A stretch of 30,405 nt of DNA from Emiliania huxleyi CCMP1516 (Eukaryota): NCBI RefSeq assembly GCF_000372725.1, contig NW_005201191.1, positions 154,745 through 185,149 of the forward strand, read 5' to 3'. Position numbers and translations under genes: made by a program. The notes under the pieces were generated by a model. That model saw only the letters and a program-made list of their open reading frames with translations. It did no database searches and had not been told where the DNA came from. Shown one piece after another: positions 1 to 9,201 of this stretch. Numbering within the stretch: position 1 is the stretch's first letter; each line of letters starts with the position of its first letter.

Positions 1-213
1 GGCGACGGTCAGTGCCATCCACAGCCCAAGAAGGTCGAAGCCTTGGCAGGGCAGCGCGTCGTCGCCGTTTCGGCGGGATCCGAACACAGCCTCACTGTCA
101 CCGCCAACGGCGCCGTCTTCACCTGGGGCGGCGGCATGTACGGCTGCCTCGGCCACGGGGATGGCATTGCGAACGCTCTGCTTCCCAAGAAGGTCGAGTC
201 CTTGGAGCTGTGA
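1..213 (+). CDS. C-terminal end of an RCC1-repeat protein (5' part outside window)
   Basis: Frame 1 reads GDGQCHPQPKKVEALAGQRVVAVSAGSEHSLTVTANGAVFTWGGGMYGCLGHGDGIANALLPKKVESLEL, stop TGA at 211-213. This is a typical RCC1 repeat (V.AG..HSL...G.VFTWG...G.LGHG). Confidence 0.9.
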   Translation, partial: GDGQCHPQPKKVEALAGQRVVAVSAGSEHSLTVTANGAVFTWGGGMYGCLGHGDGIANALLPKKVESLEL

Positions 214-241
214 TCTGTGCAAGCGTGATCGGTTAATAACC

Positions 242-352
242 GACACGTGTGTGCAACTCCTCTCACTAGCGCTTTTTCGAGACCTTGACGTTCAGACAAC
301 CGACACGGACACGTGTGTGCAACTCCTCTGACTAGTTCTTTTCACAGACCTT
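242..352. repeat. Imperfect tandem duplication, about 66 bp unit, downstream of the RCC1 gene
   Basis: gacacgtgtgtgcaactcctct...actag...agacctt occurs at about 242 and again at about 308. Confidence 0.7.
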
Positions 353-1638
353 AGACAGCAGGGAAGAGTCGATGTGCAAAAAGAGAAGCCTTACTGCGGT
401 CGCCACGCCCGCGCACTTGAGCCAGCTAGTCGTAAAATTGAAGCCAAGAATCGCCAAGCTTTCGCGCTACCTGAGGGGAAAGCCGCTGATCGAGCCCAGC
501 GTGCCCGCGGCCGCCTCCCGCGCAGCTATGCCGCTGCGGAATCGGATCGATCCCATGGAGGAGGAGGGCGCAGTCGGCCAGCGCAGCAGGTGGAGTCCCT
601 CCCCGCGCCGGAGCCCCCCTGCAGTCGAGGGAGAGTCCTCGTTGGCGATGAAGGTGGCGACATCGAATCGCGGCCGACAGACGTCACGTGGGAGGAATGG
701 GCGATGAGCGGGAACGATGCGCGCTACGACGCCGACTCCGCCGTGCTCGTGGCCGCAGAAAGCCGCGCTCCAGGAGCACGCCAAGATGCAATGGCTCGCT
801 TGCTTCGATTCAGCTCTCTCGGCAGCAGAAGTGGGGCTGGAGCGGGTGGGGGTGGATGCCGATTGAGGGGGAGCGTCTCCAGCTGCGCCCTGTGGCAGCT
901 GCGCCCTGTGGCAGCTAGTCGAGGGACTTGGTAGTTGTGACCCCCCTGAGTGAGGACAGGAGAGAGAGAGCGTTTTGTGGTGTTGGTGTACGCAATAACG
1001 GGACAGGGTGGTTGTTCTCTCTATCTCCTCTTCTAGCTCTTAGCATGAGCTGCGCCCGGTGTCCGACCCCTTTTGCGCAGCAACACCTTAAACTTTTAGG
1101 CCCCGCCAAATTCGGGTCGGAGCGTAGCGGAGTGGGCCCCGAGTTTGAAAAGGGCGACGGACGCTTGCGTCCTAGCCTCCAACAACGCCTCCCCGGCGCA
1201 GAGGGGCCCCCGGAGGGATGCACAACCGACCCACGCCACGCCGCTTGCGGCGGTCCTCTTCTTCCCAGCTCCGCTGAGGTCACACGTTATTTGTGTGTAT
1301 CGCGCGCCTTGCGGGGGGGGCGCGGAAAAGAGGAACCTCTTAGCGCCATCGCCACGGTGCTGCATGCAGCGCCGGGCGACGACGGCTTACCGCCTCCCGG
1401 TCCCCCTCGGCACACCTCCGCTGCTCAATGTTTGACGGCTCGAACCCGTGAAGCTTCCCCGTGCGCGGGTTACCCCGCACACGGGTCAGCCTGCCAGCCA
1501 CGTATCCACGCAAGCGTGGTCCGCGTGCATGGCATACAGGCGTCCGCCAGACAGCGCAGAGGCTAGGCGACCGGGGAAGGACTATTTATTATTTGCGATC
1601 AGGCGGCGCTCTTGCCGCCGCTGCAGCCGACGCTCGCG

Positions 1639-3178
1639 ATGGCCGATCCGCAGCTCCTGGCCGCGCTCGACCTCATGAGGCGAATGCCACCCTCGCGCTG
1701 CGAGACGTCGCTCGAGGGTGCGTCGGTCGAGAGCGGCCTGCGGGCTGCGGCTGCAAAGCGCTCACCACTGCCGCGCTGCCCCTGCCGCAGAGCTTGTCGA
1801 CCTGGTGCCTCACCTGACGGACGACCTCCTCAACACCATCGACCAGCCGCTGCAGACCGCCAAGGACGCCCAGGGCAACGCCTACTTATTATGCGACTAC
1901 AATCGCGACGGCGACTCGTACCGGTAAAGGCCCGCCCGCCGGCCGGGCGGCGAGATGCATGGGACGCTCGCACGCACTCAGGCCCGCGGAGAAGAGGTGT
2001 GCGGCGGCCCTTGCCATCCTCGGCGCGCACGCCCGTGTCCGCAGGTCCCCGTGGACAAACGAGTATGACCCTCCGCTCTCGGACGGCGTGCTGCCGTCGC
2101 CAAAGCTGCGCGCGATGGAGACGCTGGCGAACGACATCTTCGAGGGCTACCGCGAGATGTACTACGAGGGGGGCATCTCCTCGGTCTACTTTTGGGACCT
2201 CGACGAGTGCGCGCGCTGCTGCGGCTGCCCCCCCGCCTCCAGCCGAACTGAGTGCTAGGCCGCTAGACGGCTGGCCGCCGCAGGCCGGCCCAATGCCACC
2301 AACGGCCGGCAATTGNNNNNNNNNNNNNNNNNNNNNNNNNNNNNNNNNNNNNNNNNNNNNNNNNNNNNNNNNNNNNNNNNNNNNNNNNNNNNNNNNNNNN
2401 NNNNNNNNNNNNNNNCCCAAAAGGGGGAAAAAGGGCGGACGTTTTCACCCCCAATTTAAAGCAATTCCCCCCACCCTCCCCCAATAAGAACAATTTCTTG
2501 GGGGGGGGGGGCGCCTTTTTGGATCCAAAACTTTTTGGCCAACCCCAAAAAGGCCCAGAGAGGGGGCTTTCTCCAAGTGGTCCCCCCCCGGGAGCCAACG
2601 TCATGGGGGGGGGGGGGGGGGGGCACTCGCAGTCCTCCTGAGTGGGGGCGTGGCTGCTGCCGCTGCACAGGTCGGAGTCCACGAGGGGGAGATGAACCTG
2701 TCCGGATCGCTGACGCGGCAAAAGGAGGAGGAGCTGGCGGTGGGGGACGTGGCGTCGCACGTGGCCAACATGGGCCGCATGGTGGAGGAGATGGAGAGCC
2801 GCATGCGCGACACGCCGGTCTCCCCACCTCTCCCAATCTCTGCTCATCTCTCTCCAGGAGATGGAGAACCGGATGCGCGACACGCTGCAGTCGATCTACT
2901 TTGGCTCGCCGCGCCGCCGCCGGCCGCCGCCGCTCTCGAAACGACGACGTCACGCGGGGGGGTGCGGTCGAGACTAGGCAAGACGAAGAGCGTCGTCAAC
3001 GGCCTCTACCAGTCGGGCGGTGCCGAGGCCAACAAGAAGAAGGATATGCTCGCTCAGGCGTCAGGCCCCGCGCCCCCCCCAGTGTTGGACGGCCCGCCGC
3101 GCTCACCCACACCCCGCCCGCGCCGCACCGCGCCCGCAGGCGCTCATGGCGGAGATGGGCAAGCGGAATGCGGACTGA
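1639..3178 (+). CDS. CAPZB: F-actin capping protein subunit beta (spliced; middle exons lost in N gap 2316-2415)
   Basis: Exons 1639-1717, 1791-1923, 2045-2206, [gap], ~2671-2787, 2858-2903, 2978-3057, 3140-3178. They give [18 protein letters not shown]...DQPL...[25 protein letters not shown]...[15 protein letters not shown]...[10 protein letters not shown]...[29 protein letters not shown], which are hallmark CAPZB motifs. Confidence 0.95.
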
Positions 3179-3487
3179 AGAGGCCTCCTCGCGCCGCCTA
3201 TCTCCGCCACGTTCGGAGAGGTGCGAGGTGGTGCGAGGGCCTCAGGCTGAGTCAGCGCGGAGCGGCCAGTGCGTGGGCCGTTGGGATGGGGCTGGCTGGC
3301 GCAGGTAGGAGAGTCGTTAAGTATGTTGTTGGTGGCGCGAGGCAGCGGGACGCTGCGGCGGTTTTGCGCAGACCGCATGCGCGCATCGCGCGACATTGAC
3401 ATATTGGGGGTTTATCTGCGGGAGGCGGCGTACCGTACGTGTGTGTGAATGGTTGTGCTACGTTTGCGAAAAGGACATGTCAAAAGG

Positions 3488-3880
3488 TTAGCTTCCTACT
3501 CGCTTACGTCCGGCCCGCGCCTTCATCTCACCGTCCCCTCCTTCCGCCGCCCTCCCCACCACGAGCTCCTCCGCTGACAGCGGTGGCTGATACCCCGGCT
3601 GGTCAGAGGCGAGTGGCGCGAGCGAGAGAGTGATGCTGATGATCGGTTGGCGGCAGCCGGCGCTGCTGCCGCCTGGCTCGCTGAGCCCGATGCGTGTGCA
3701 TTGGTGCAGCCCGGCAAGCCGGCGCTTGGTGATCTCAGCCACCGTCACCGCCTTGCTCACCGCCGCTCCCACGGCACTCAGCCGCACCTCACCCCTCGGA
3801 AGCGCCTCGAGCGTGGTGCTCACAAAGTCGTGAACCTTGCCACCCGAGGTGACCCGGACGTCGAGCGAAGCTAGGTCCTG
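3488..3880 (-). CDS. Alba/Rpp25-like nucleic-acid-binding protein (start not located)
   Basis: LDVRVTSGGKVHDFVS...VRLSAVGAAVSKAVTVAEITKRRLAGLHQCTRIG...IISITLSLAPLASDQPGYQPP matches the Alba family (G.AI.KAV.VAEI.KRR..GLHQ; GYQPP tail). Stop at 3488-3490; no in-frame ATG in the ORF. Confidence 0.85.
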   Translation of the reverse strand, partial: QDLASLDVRVTSGGKVHDFVSTTLEALPRGEVRLSAVGAAVSKAVTVAEITKRRLAGLHQCTRIGLSEPGGSSAGCRQPIISITLSLAPLASDQPGYQPPLSAEELVVGRAAEGGDGEMKARAGRKRVGS

Positions 3881-3947
3881 GCTAGAACGAATACTGTTCG
3901 CTGCAGAGACTGCGTGAAGCGTCGCGCCTCTATAAACGGAAGAATTT

Positions 3948-4568
3948 AATAAAAGAGCTCCCTCGCACAACACTGGGCACGAGTGGACCTGAGCAATAAT
4001 ATGACTGGGTGGCAAATGATAGCAGTGGGCGTCAGAAGACTCGTCCTTGCTCGAGGAGAGCTCGATAGACTCGAGGGGCCAGGATATGCAGCGAGGAGGG
4101 CGGAGCTGCGCCGAGCAGCGAGAGCAAGGGAGCGGCAGGCGGCGGCGCCGTCGCAGGACGAGGCAGAGGAGAGCGACGCGACAGAGGAAGAAGCGACAAG
4201 GGAGACCACGACGAGAAGGGGGCGACCGCGAGGTGGCACGAAGGTTGAAGCGAGAATCGGCGAGAGACTGCGAAGAGAGATAGGAAGAGGCGGACGCCCA
4301 AGGGTGGGCGACGGCTAGCGCACCACACCCCTCTCCTTAAAATCCCTGTGTGGTGGCGGCGTGCCGTCCTCCCATCCCTCCCTTGGGTTGTCCGTTTTCT
4401 TTCTTTCTTTACACTGGGCACGGGACTGGCGCGCACTGGCACTAACACAGGTACACCACGGGAGCCGCCTAAGCGACTCCTGCGAGGGCGGCGAGGCACT
4501 TAGCTCCGTGCACCCGCCCGCCCCCGCCACAGGCAAGCTCATTCACAAGGCAACCTGCTCTGCGATTG
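3948..4568. repeat. Dispersed host repeat interrupted by retroelement copy A
   Basis: 4411-4561 (cactgggcacgggactggcgcgcactggcactaacacaggtacaccacgggagccgcctaagcgactcc...cccccgccacaggcaagctcattcacaa) recurs inverted at about 17145-17252. The block is bracketed by aaacggaa(aaa)gaattt at 3934-3947 and 4569-4585. Confidence 0.65.
3982..4410 (+). mobile_element. 5'-truncated non-LTR retroelement copy A (ORF end, 3' UTR, T-rich tail)
   Basis: Flanked by a 12-bp direct repeat acactgggcacg (3970-3981, 4411-4422) and ends in ttttctttctttcttt. ORF remnant ends ...RGGRPRVGDG* at 4318. Homologous to 9226-9583 and 17253-17303. Confidence 0.8.
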
Positions 4569-5274
4569 AAACGGAAAAAGAATTTGACCCGGAGCTGGAG
4601 CGCGCGCGGGGGCGGCGGGTGTGCGGGATGTCTGGGGGCCCGAGAGCGATGGGCCGCACCCGGCGCGAGCGCCTGCAGGCGGGGCACGTCCAGCAAGTTG
4701 GCGGGTGGGCAGCGCCGAGCGGGGGTACGACAACAACACGCTTCAGTGTCTCTCAGACCGACCGGCAGCGCCAGAGCCGACACCGGAGGAGTTACGGTGA
4801 GTTCAAGTCGAGCCTCACCGCGCTCGGCTTTCGGCCTTCGCTGGCTTTTTTTCATCATCGACATCGTCGCCGGCATCGTCTCGCTCGTGCTCGGCGGTAG
4901 CCTTTCGCGTGGGAGCCAAAGGGCTTCGACGAGGATGGCTCTCTCCTCCAAACGATGCGACACCCGTCTTTGTTTGGCTTCACGCCCACACAAGCCGCCG
5001 CCAGCGCCCTGAGCAGCTGACGGCATGAATAAAAAATGCTGTGTGGCTGAATTGGATAGAGCCTGTACGACGGCTCTCGACAAGACACGCTCGACTGAAG
5101 AACGGTACAACGGGTGACAAGCCGTCTAAGGCTGTGTCGGCTCTAACAGTAAGCACAAGCACTGGATTCTGTCTATAACGGGACAGAACGGAGTTGCTGT
5201 GCTGGGGGCGGACACACGTCGGCCGCACGGCCCATCCCTGCCATGCTCTCCCTGCTAGAGTATTGACATTTTCA

Positions 5275-6331
5275 CTAGGCGGAGCAAGCCACCGCTGCTT
5301 CGCTCCTCGCCGGGAGTGGTGACTGGTCGAGACCCTGCTGCGTCGGCTGTGGCCCAACGAGTGGGTCTCCAGGACGCCAGCGCTCCTGCTCGGTGAGGTG
5401 CTCGGCCTTGAAGGTGCGATAGAGGTGCTCCTGCCCAAGCACGCTCGGCGCCTGCAGGCCAGTTTGAAACAGGGTCTCCTCCACAAGCGCGCGCGGGGGG
5501 GGGGGGGGGGCGGTGGCACGCCTCGCGAAACGTGAGCGAGAGACGCGCGCGCTGCTCAACAGGCATCCACGTGGGGGACCGCTCGAGATCAATTGAGAGC
5601 ACCGCGTGCTTGATGAAGCGGCAGGGCCCGCCAAATACCAGTGCGTCGCCGCTCCGCAATTCGATGACGCGCCGCTCGCCCGTCACGACAGACTCGACCC
5701 CAAATTGGCAGGGAGCCCCGAGAGAGAGGATCACGATGGGAGCGTCACCGTCGCCGTCGTTGCGATAGATGTCGCGGTGCCACACGAGGCCAGAGGTGCT
5801 GGAATACCTGTCGGGAAAGTCCGGGGGAAGGGGCAGTGAGCGCCTCGAGGCCATGCCGACAGAACTAATTTCCACTCGTGTGCACACAGGCTTGGGGCAG
5901 ACGCGCCGGGGGAAGGGGCAGTGAGCGCCTCGAGGCCATGCCGGCAGAACTAATTTCCACTCGTGTGCACACAGGCTTGGGGCAGACGCGCGCTGCGGGG
6001 ACGGGAGAGCACCGCACCTGTTGGCCAGCAGGTGGGTGGGGAACATATTTGGCATGGCGGCGTCGGCCTGGCTGGCACAGGTAGAGGCGCACACGCAGGC
6101 AGCAGTCGCCGCAGCGTCAAACGCCTCGACACGGTCATACACCCGCTCCCGATTGGCAGTCTCCGCCGGGAGGAATCTTGAGCCTCCAACGGCACGAAAT
6201 AAGGTTTGCTGCTCTGTTTCCGCCAATGCTGCGCGTATGACTACGAGACCCGGCTCGATGACTTTGGAGCGCCCAGTCGGAAGGTAGGCGTCGGGCAGGC
6301 GGTAGGCGTCCGGCACGCGGCTTGGGGACAT
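5275..6331 (-). CDS. AlkB-family 2-oxoglutarate/Fe(II) dioxygenase
   Basis: Exons 6331-6018, 5807-5522, 5451-5275 (introns GT-AG and GC-AG). Motifs: LLANRYSSTSGLVWHRD (HxD), PIVILSLGAPCQF, LRSGDALVFGGPCRFIKHAV (distal H), RLSLTFR (RxxxxxR). Confidence 0.88.
5821..5990. repeat. 2 x 85 bp tandem duplication inside AlkB intron 1
   Basis: ccgggggaaggggcagtgagcgcctcgaggccatgccg(a/g)cagaactaatttccactcgtgtgcacacaggcttggggcagacgcg starts at 5821 and again at 5906. Confidence 0.9.
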
Positions 6332-6744
6332 GAATGCGATTCGACCTGTTCGCCTTGGCACGGGGACGCACGTCAACAGTTACGGAATTCAAGGAAGTTT
6401 GAGGGCCTACGCCTGTGTGCCGCCCCACCTGGTGGGGGTGGGCACCTCCGCAGATTCCTATGCACTATTGAAACAGAACGTTCGGATCGCTTCTCATCGC
6501 AAACCCTGCCAGCAGTTCACCCTCGGGTATGTTCGTAAGCGCTAGAGCTACATACACTGAAACAGAGCAAGGTGAACTCCGCTAGTGAAAAGCGAAGAGA
6601 TTAGGGCGGGCCACCCTTAGAAAAAGAATTTAACAGAAACAACTCTCTCGAAAAAAGAAAGAGTAAAGCTGAAGGACACCCACTCCGCACCCTCTGGGCC
6701 CCTCTCAGTTCGCTCCTCCAGGTTCCTTCGCCAGGTTCCTTGCG

Positions 6745-7467
6745 ATGGGCCGCAGCGCCGATCCGACGCGCGTTCTGGTCGTGTACGGCTCGGAGTCTGG
6801 CAACGCACGAAGGGGTATCACAAAAATCGTCAATAAGTGGAAAGAGAGCGGGGCCGACTTCACCATCGAGGGCATCGTCGCTGGCAATAGCCTCGGGCAG
6901 GACCTGTCCGAGCTCAAGAGCCGCTGCGACGTCCTCCTCGTCTCCTGCTCCTCTTTTGGCGAGGGCGACCCGCCGTCCAACTACAACCACTTCCTCCTCG
7001 CCCTCTACCGAGCTGCAGAGGCAGGCGGGTCGCCGCTCGAGGGCGTGCAGCACGCGGTCCTTGGCTACGGCGCGTCGGTGTACGAGACGTTCCAAAACTG
7101 CCCGCGCCTCACCGACAAACTCCTCGAGTCGTGCGGCTCTCGCCGCCTCGCGCAGCGCGTCGAACTCGACGAGGGCTCCGAGGACGACCCGGTCGTGCGG
7201 CTAAAGGGGTTCGAGACGTCGGTGTACGCCGCGCTACAGAAGCTCCCCGCCGCCCACGCGCCGCACGCGTGCAAGTGGGACCAGCCCTGCGGCAAGGTGG
7301 TTGAGAAGAGCGAGGAGGACCTGCTCGAGGTGGCCGCCTTTGGGACGGGCGAGGAGGGAGACGGCAGGATGGGCGCCATGGCCTTCGCGGGGATGGCTGT
7401 GGCGGTCGGCCTTGGCCTCGCCGGGTACAAGCTCCGCGAGCAGCTCCGGCAAGCGGAGGCGATCTAG
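6745..7467 (+). CDS. Flavodoxin-like FMN-binding protein with C-terminal transmembrane anchor, paralog 1
   Basis: Intronless, 240 aa. VLVVYGSESGNA (FMN P-loop), SSFGEGDPPSN, HAVLGYGASVYETFQNCPR resemble the flavodoxin_1 / P450-reductase FMN domain. Hydrophobic tail AMAFAGMAVAVGLGLAGY is followed by KLRE. Confidence 0.9.
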   Translation: MGRSADPTRVLVVYGSESGNARRGITKIVNKWKESGADFTIEGIVAGNSLGQDLSELKSRCDVLLVSCSSFGEGDPPSNYNHFLLALYRAAEAGGSPLEGVQHAVLGYGASVYETFQNCPRLTDKLLESCGSRRLAQRVELDEGSEDDPVVRLKGFETSVYAALQKLPAAHAPHACKWDQPCGKVVEKSEEDLLEVAAFGTGEEGDGRMGAMAFAGMAVAVGLGLAGYKLREQLRQAEAI

Positions 7468-7811
7468 GCCACCCTCTTACGCTCGCCTCCCTACACTCCT
7501 CGAGGCTCCGCGGTGGTTCGGGCTCGCCTGTTGCGAACCTGGCTGTGAGATACTGTCGTAGTGTGTACCACGTCGCTATGCGCGCGCTATAGTTCGAAGA
7601 TTTGAGCGCATATTAATCGAACCTGTGTGTAGAAGTGGCTTGGCTCATTCATTTCATATTGGGGACACGCAGAAGCGAGAGAAGGGGAGCAACTGCATGA
7701 CGCATGCACACGTAACATGTTGTCATAAAACAAGATGTGTGCGCCGGTCGCGGCCTCGCGCGCGTCTGGCTTTGGGGTCCCGCTCCGCGCGCTACGGAGA
7801 GGTCCGCGCAG

Positions 7812-8689
7812 TCAGCTTGCGCCCTTGCCGCTGCGCCTCCACGAGAAGGCCGAGTAGACGGGCCGGGCCTTGGCGGGGTTGTCCATCAGGAAGATGCTCA
7901 TGTGCCGCCGCCCCTCCACGCCGCAGAGCGGGAAGGCGCCGCGGCAGCAGATCTCCCTCGAGAGCGCGTGCATGCCCCGCGCGCCGATGCGGTTCCGCTC
8001 CAGGACGAGGGAGCGGAGCGCGCCGAACCCTCCCGCCCCGCCCGCCGCTGCGAGCGCGACCGCGCCGCGTCGCCGATCCGATTCGCAGAGAGGCTCAGCT
8101 TGGAGAGGAGCTGGAGCTTGCCTCCCGCAGCCGCGGCGGCGAGCGCGGCGACGCCCTCATCTCCCACCTGGTTGTTGTTCAGCAGCAGCGTCTCGAGGGC
8201 GGGCAGGGCGCCCGACGAGACCGCACGGCCGAGGGCGGCGGTGCCGGCGTCGCCGATGGCGTTCTTGTAGAGTGAGAGGCAGCGCAGGCTGTCCATGGTC
8301 ACCCAGGAGAAGGAGGATGCGAGCTCGGCGAGCCCGCCGTCGGCCAGCGAGTTGAACGATAGGTGAAGCTCGCGGCACGTCGCCAGCGCGCCGCAGGCGC
8401 AGGCCTTGGCGAGCACCTTCACATCCGCGTCTCGCAGGGAGCGGTCGCGGAAGAACGCGTCCGAGCCCTCCTTTGTGTGTGGCCGGATGCCGTCACGGAA
8501 AGGGAACCTTTGCAGCTCGAGAGCGCAGCTGATGCGATCAGCTTCCAGCCGGGCTCTGATGCGAGCGAAGAGGCGGCTGGCTCGGCTCGAGACGGAGAGC
8601 GTGCGCAGCGGCAGCGCCGCGAGGATGTGCGCCACGAGCTCGTCGGGAAGGCTCGCCAGAAGGTCCCGGCCTGGGTTCGATGCCAACAT
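7812..8689 (-). CDS. F-box plus RNI-like leucine-rich-repeat protein, with an apparent 1-nt frameshift near 8067
   Basis: N-terminal LASLPDELVAHILAALP (F-box). LRRs LHLSFNSLADGG, LSLYKNAIGDAG, LLLNNNQVGDEG, LSLSANRIGDA. The pattern resumes in another frame (GAVALAAAGGAGGFGALRSLVLERNRIGARG...IFLMDNP) to TGA at 7812-7814. Confidence 0.8.
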
Positions 8690-9201
8690 GGTATGTACAG
8701 CGAGATGCAGGGTGGGGGCGTGGTAGCAGGACACCGGTAGAATAAAAATCCCGTACAAGGGCTCCAAGTGCTCAGCGGCCTAGGCGAACGATTCCTGGCT
8801 GCGGCGCAAGAGGAGGGCACCTTTGCCGAGTGGCTCGACGAGCTGCCGTTTGAGGTGGCCGCGGCAACCGCCCGGCTGCTCAATCAAGCTCAAGCAACCA
8901 CGCGCGCTCCGGAGCGTGGATCGAGATACTCCCGGCAGCCCTAGCCAGGCCCGGCGCGCTGGCCGCGACCGCGACCGCGGCCCTCACTTGAGCCCGAACT
9001 GCCCGCCGGACATGTCGGAACCGTCCGACTATAGTGACTAGCACACCTCTGTCAAGAGTCCGCAGAAACCCGAGGAGTCACACAGCAGTCACCTGTGATG
9101 CACGCCCTGTGAGCGGGGCGGGGTGCGCACTGTGCCTCTGTGTTTGTGCGTCGCCCATCTCTACGGGAGATGACTGCTCTATTTATTTATTATTGCTCAG
9201 C

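Noticed and set aside
372..1566. Several overlapping ORFs of 100-210 aa
   Set aside because: No recognisable motifs; long ORFs arise by chance at this GC content.
2416..2625. Odd homopolymer-rich sequence beside the gap
   Set aside because: Looks like a low-quality read end next to the Ns.
4780..5020. Possible membrane-protein gene fragment (LRWLFFIIDIVAGIVSLVLGG... FAWEPKGFDEDG)
   Set aside because: Needs a frameshift, and no start or family could be assigned.
8765..8945. Coding-like stretch VLSGLGERFLAAAQEEGTFAEWLDELPFEV
   Set aside because: Short, with no start and no recognisable domain.
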